Shown here: positions 12,061-64,000 of the stretch, piece by piece | How positions within the stretch are numbered: the first letter of the stretch is position 1 | Layout: the number at the start of each line of letters is the position of its first letter | Assembly (NCBI GenBank): GCA_963693365.1 | Contig: CAVNZM010000006.1 | Location: forward strand, 372,001 to 436,000 | DNA: 64,000 nt | Direction of reading: 5' to 3' | Source: Amoebidium appalachense | Lineage: Eukaryota > Protista > Ichthyosporea | Translations under genes and position numbers: made by a program | Notes under the pieces: generated by a model | What the model was told of the DNA's origin: nothing | The model's database searches: none | What the model saw: the letters and a program-made list of their open reading frames with translations, nothing else

Positions 12061-12653
12061 GGGGGGGGGGGGGGGGGGGGGACTTGCACTGAGTCAATGG
12101 TTCATGAACTGTTTCACTAATAAACTCAAAAAAACACATCTTCTTTCGACAACCGACCCATGCAAGTACCGATCACAAATTTTTGTTCATTATGTGTGCT
12201 ATGCTGGTATGTTTGTAGTACTATTCGGGAAAAGGGTGCGTTAGCTGATAGCATAATTTGCTCCCCACTATGACCAGGTAGCACGTTCATGGGCTAATAT
12301 TCTTGAGAGCTGAACGCTTCCCACACACCCTGTGCGGTGGTGCCCCTGTGGGCCTGGCACACGGGGCCGTATTTATGTTTGCACTTGCATTGCCTTGCCA
12401 TTTATTTCTCAGAGGACCAATGGTGGGTACAGCATATACACCGTGCACTGTACAGACGTGTACAGAACACTTTACTAGAACAACTATCCTCTCAAAACGG
12501 GACTATCATCCCTTCTCTCGAGCTCTGCCTAAATGCTCTTGCAAGTGTGCAAACGGCAATGAATATTCCCCTCCCCCCCTCCCCCCCCCCCCCCTCCCCC
12601 CTCCCCACCGGGGAGAGTTGCGGTAGGCTGCATATCCTAGTTTTGCTACAGGC

Positions 12654-13489
12654 CAGTGTTATAGGGCCCAGCCACAACCGCAGAATGAACAGCCAGCAAG
12701 TTGAACTATCCGGCAAACCCAAAACCATTCTGCAAAACCAGAATCAAATGGCTTGCCCAGAACTTTTCCACGTGCAGAAGTATTCCGTAAGAGCGGTAGG
12801 ATTCTGGTTTGAACAGGATAACTGCACAAAAAGTAGAATTGTCTTTCAAAAGCGGATATATTCTGGTTTGAGCAGATTGGTTCAGCAGCAAGTAATTTAT
12901 CCCGTAAAAGCGGATGTGCTCTCAGATGAACAGAATTGTTTTGCACGATGATGTGTGCAAGAAGTAGAACTCAGATCTGCACAGTGGAAGAAATCCGGCC
13001 CGATTAGATTTATTTTAGTAAAGCAGCCTGAGTCGTATGCTACTCTGCAAAGCAGTTTTCCAAGCTAAGTAGAATTATTTTGCAAAAAGTAGAATACTAT
13101 AAATATCCTGCCAGAGTCACTACCGTATCGTTTGAGAGGCATTATTTTGGAAAAGGAGAATTAGTGTGAGCAGAATTGTTTTGGGCAAAGGGTGCATCTA
13201 TTTTGCAAAAACAATCAGAAACAGCACATTCTCCCCCCAATTGCCGATGCCGGCAGCAGAAAAACCTTTCCTCCATTGGCAAGCAGACTCACCAAGAGCA
13301 GAAATATTAAGTTAATGGCTATGGGGTATAATATGCTCTCTACCCGAGGCTCCCAGTGCACTGTTCTGCAGGAGAAAAAGTATCTGGAGCCGTTCTGCGT
13401 GCAGAATGATTCACTCACCGTGACATAGTTGACCCTTTTGTATCTGCCGAACTGCAGTGTATTTTCCGTACGCAGCAGCATTAACACTG
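12654..13489. mobile_element. Possible degenerate non-autonomous DNA transposon (hAT/MITE-like)
   Basis: 8-bp terminal inverted repeat CAGTGTTA...TAACACTG around an AT-rich interior with many CAGAA/TAGAA motifs and their complement TTCTG. No target-site duplication is visible. Confidence 0.3.
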
Positions 13490-13601
13490 ATCAAATTGTC
13501 ATAGTACCTCTTCACCTCCCCCCCCCCCCCCCCCCCCCCCCCCCCGACACACACACACACACATCCGGCACCCCTCCCCCCCTTTTCCCCTCCCCCTCTC
13601 C

Positions 13602-13635
<34 letters not shown>

Positions 13636-14439
13636 CCTTTCTCCCCCAGCGCGTAGTGTTCTGAGAAGGATGTAGACGTAGCCATAACCGTTCCGTCGTA
13701 TACAGCAGGCCCTCACGAAACACAGTGACTATACAAACAACCGCATGCCCACACGGACACAGTGCCACACATGGTGGACTCATGGCCACACCACTGCTTG
13801 CAATTGCCTTGCACCAATTGATCATTAAACACTATGATCATCGATATTATCGGATAAGCACATGGCCAACCACGCAGGTACAGCCCTGCTGCTACAGCCA
13901 CATAGTGGAAGTACGTTTGCAGCACAGGTGGCGCACGTGTAGGTGGCAACCTCGAGCTCGAGCTGAAGGGGATGTACATGTACAATAAGGTGCAAGTCAA
14001 GGTCACATTGACAACATGTACAGACACTCCCATATGTTGGTTACATAATTAGACTTAATACAGATGCGGGATCTAATTAATCAGACAGCAGGCTGGTGCT
14101 CAAATGTATGCAACACGGTATTCATGATACTGGCTACAAGGTTGGTGGAGCCTGTCTAGCTGTGACTTCGGCTATCGCGGTCAATCTGCTGCCAGTGGGA
14201 GTTTGGCCCAGGGGAAGAATCAAAACGTATGTTTCAATGCATTGGCAGTATCCGCTCCACCAACAGCAAGAGCAGATATGCTTTATAGGACTTCAGCCAA
14301 CGGTCGCAGGGGTCTTGGAACCCAGAACGGAAGGGAAGCGGGGGGGAGGGGGGGGTCTGACAATACAAGTGTAACCGGATGTGACTAAGAAGCGTGTGGT
14401 GCAACAAGACTGTGAAAGCTTGACAAGCTGGCAGGTTGC

Positions 14440-14475
<36 letters not shown>

Positions 14476-15143
14476 ACGTGGTGAGGGGTGGGGTGGGGGG
14501 GGGGGGGGGGGGGGGGGGAAGTCGGTCGGCGGCTGAATCGGTTGCACGAGACATGCTTGCCATACACGGAGAAGCTAGAGAGAGGCTGCTCGGTACATGT
14601 CTTTAACAGATGGTTGCATTTATTGCACAGTTAAATCATGGTGGGTCCGGTTTTGTATATAAAGACTAGATAATTGCTATAAACTGCACGGCCCAAGGGC
14701 ATGAGGTCAGGGAAAAAGTAACAGCACAGCTGATGTCCTGCCAAACCTCAAACACATGGCCAAGCATATTCATATTCACACGCATTTATTTGGACTCCGG
14801 AACATCAGCATACATTCATACCATTTCATTTCATTCTAAGGGTCTGCGTGACCAGCTTAGCGCTACATGAGTTAGAAGTAACAATTACATACATAGGATT
14901 TCATGCTGGCGATGTGACACTTCAACGTTCAAATTCCACATGGCCATATAGATGGATATATTAACAACTTCATAATATTATTTTGTACATACACGCGCAC
15001 AATGCAAACCCTACACAGTGCAACACTTAGGCACCGAGATTCTATACAGGGCTTACCTTGCAGCTGTAACTGACTGTGTGCACATTCATTCCAAAAAAAA
15101 AAAAGAAAAGATTAATGCTTCCGCTAGAAAAAACACCACCACA

Positions 15144-63859
<48,716 letters not shown>

Positions 63860-64000
63860 CTGCAAGGGGGGGAGGGGGGGGGGGAGGGGGGAGCGGGGAG
63901 GAGAGAAGGGCGTTGAGAGGGGGGGAGGGGGGAGGTTAGTGGGGGGGGGGGGGGGGGGGGGGTTACTGATGAATCTGCCCAGAAATAAGGGTCAACGAGA

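Noticed and set aside
12337-12951. 204-aa intergenic ORF
   Set aside because: It crosses a poly-C run, has no recognisable motifs or splice support, and overlaps the putative decayed repeat element.

Overview
Eukaryotic genomic DNA, probably from a unicellular opisthokont/holozoan (inferred from the gene content), rich in introns, poly-G/poly-C runs and CA/CT microsatellites; most ORF-track entries are microsatellite artefacts. Two spliced minus-strand genes fill the window. The first is a 5-exon, ~1859-aa TPR protein with a TTC3/DZIP3-like Cys/His domain and a PAM2 motif (10651->1636). The second is a very large multi-exon WDFY3/Alfy-like PH-BEACH-WD40-FYVE gene (from near or beyond 64000 down to 15144). 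The most notable signal is a non-coding repeat family with six copies in two divergent subfamilies: 557-913, 7860-8222, a 453-bp tandem array at 61997-63191, and 63313-63670. Its ~155-160-nt core folds on the minus strand with compensatory changes and G-U wobbles. The fold has a K-turn and two pseudoknots that bring together all three hammerhead core strands (GUU, GAAAC, CUGAGGA) in a non-canonical order. It is a candidate new hammerhead-ribozyme topology in a retrozyme-like element; activity is untested. Several introns also carry tandem duplications of their own splice junctions.
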